Shown here: positions 63,001 to 64,000 of the stretch, piece after piece
Position numbering within the stretch: position 1 is the stretch's first letter
Layout of the letters: each line of letters starts with the position of its first letter
NCBI RefSeq assembly: GCF_032444005.1
Contig: NC_091285.1
Location: 646,350,001 to 646,414,000, forward strand
DNA length: 64,000 nucleotides
Direction of reading: 5' to 3'
Origin: Ranitomeya imitator
Taxonomy: Eukaryota
Notes under the pieces: generated by a model
The model's database searches: none
Told to the model about the DNA's origin: nothing
What the model saw: only the letters and a program-made list of their open reading frames with translations
Program-made: the position numbers and the translations under genes

Positions 63001-64000
63001 AGTTGGATTATTTTTTGTTCCTTCATTCACAGTCAGAGCCGCCATAAGTCTCCTCTTTATGTAACGTCACTATGCGACATCCGGCTTTTTTGTGTCTGTG
63101 AGGTCGTCTTCACACCTAGCAGAAATAATCTTTTTTGTTTTCTGCAGGATCCGCACCAAGCTGCACAATAACAATCTTCTCCCCCTTATTTGATGCGCTT
63201 TTAGAGCAGATGTGAAGCTGCGTTTTTACTTTGTTTTTATAGTACAGAAAAGCTTTCATCCTGCAATTAATAAAGTATCTGCAGCTTTTTATTTTTACAT
63301 GTTCTTTTTTAGGCTCCACATAGAAGACGAGAGGAAAAAAAGCACCAAAACTGCACAGATTAGCAGCGTCTTAAGACCACGGGAGGCGCAGTTCTCACGA
63401 AATCACATCTAGGGGTACTCGCACACAGGAGACTTGCTGCAGTTAGGTTGTTTCTGCAGCAGGTGCCTGGAATGGCTCCAGCTATCTTTTGATTCAAGAC
63501 TTGTGTATGAATAGGTCGGACGTTGAAGGAAATATTTCAGCAGGTTTTTGCTATTTAATCTAAGAGTAGAATAATGTAGTAGTTAGAGACCCTGATTGCA
63601 GCGATGTGTCACTTGCTTAGCTGCTTGTTCTAGTTTCAGTACAATCAGTGTTTTATGAGCACGAGATTATCAGTGCAGGACTAGGTGGCATGTGCCAGGC
63701 AGTGTAGCTAATCCATTGCCCCCACTAGTGATTGGCAGCTTGCTGACAGTGAACACAGGAATCTGCCAATCAGTGATGTGGGCGGGGTTATACAGAGCTC
63801 AGCATTCAGAGCTCTGCTAGATCTGCAGCAGCGAAAACGAGGATTGTATCAAAACTGCACCAATTAGCCCAGTAAAAATCGCTGGAATCGGGGTCTTTGC
63901 CCCTACAGCTGTGACACAAGCCGCTGATTATCGGGAGCGCTCCAGGTATCCGGGTTCCCGATGCAGCTATTCGCTTATCCCTAACTTCATGTCACATACC

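Noticed and set aside
62000-64000. Exons of DMTN, the next human neighbour (and LGI3 at the left end)
   Set aside because: No recognisable headpiece or LRR/EPTP coding sequence in the window.

Overview
Vertebrate genomic DNA, most likely a frog (inferred from T2/Kolobok-type and Harbinger MITEs, young L2 and CR1 LINEs, and Tc1 elements). It holds three intact spliced genes that I rebuilt exon by exon from GT-AG junctions: REEP4 (+, 8 coding exons, 257 aa), NUDT18 (+, 3 coding exons, 305 aa) and FHIP2B/FAM160B2 (-, 17 coding exons, 701 aa). Their order matches the human 8p21.3 block, but no HR (hairless) exons are visible between REEP4 and NUDT18. The first 13.5 kb is a nested transposon stack: a Tc1 remnant carries a tandem, near-identical chromodomain Ty3/Gypsy (Tf1/sushi-type) element sharing a central LTR, and one copy is interrupted by an L2 LINE with an intact EN-RT ORF preceded by a 2A-like motif. 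The Gypsy has no tRNA PBS but shows Tf1-type self-priming geometry. Eleven tandem arrays (21-103 bp units) explain nearly all the long repetitive ORFs in the track. One of them, a 61-bp x17 array just upstream of NUDT18, carries a near-consensus CTCF motif in every unit. Family names come from recalled protein and motif knowledge, not database searches.
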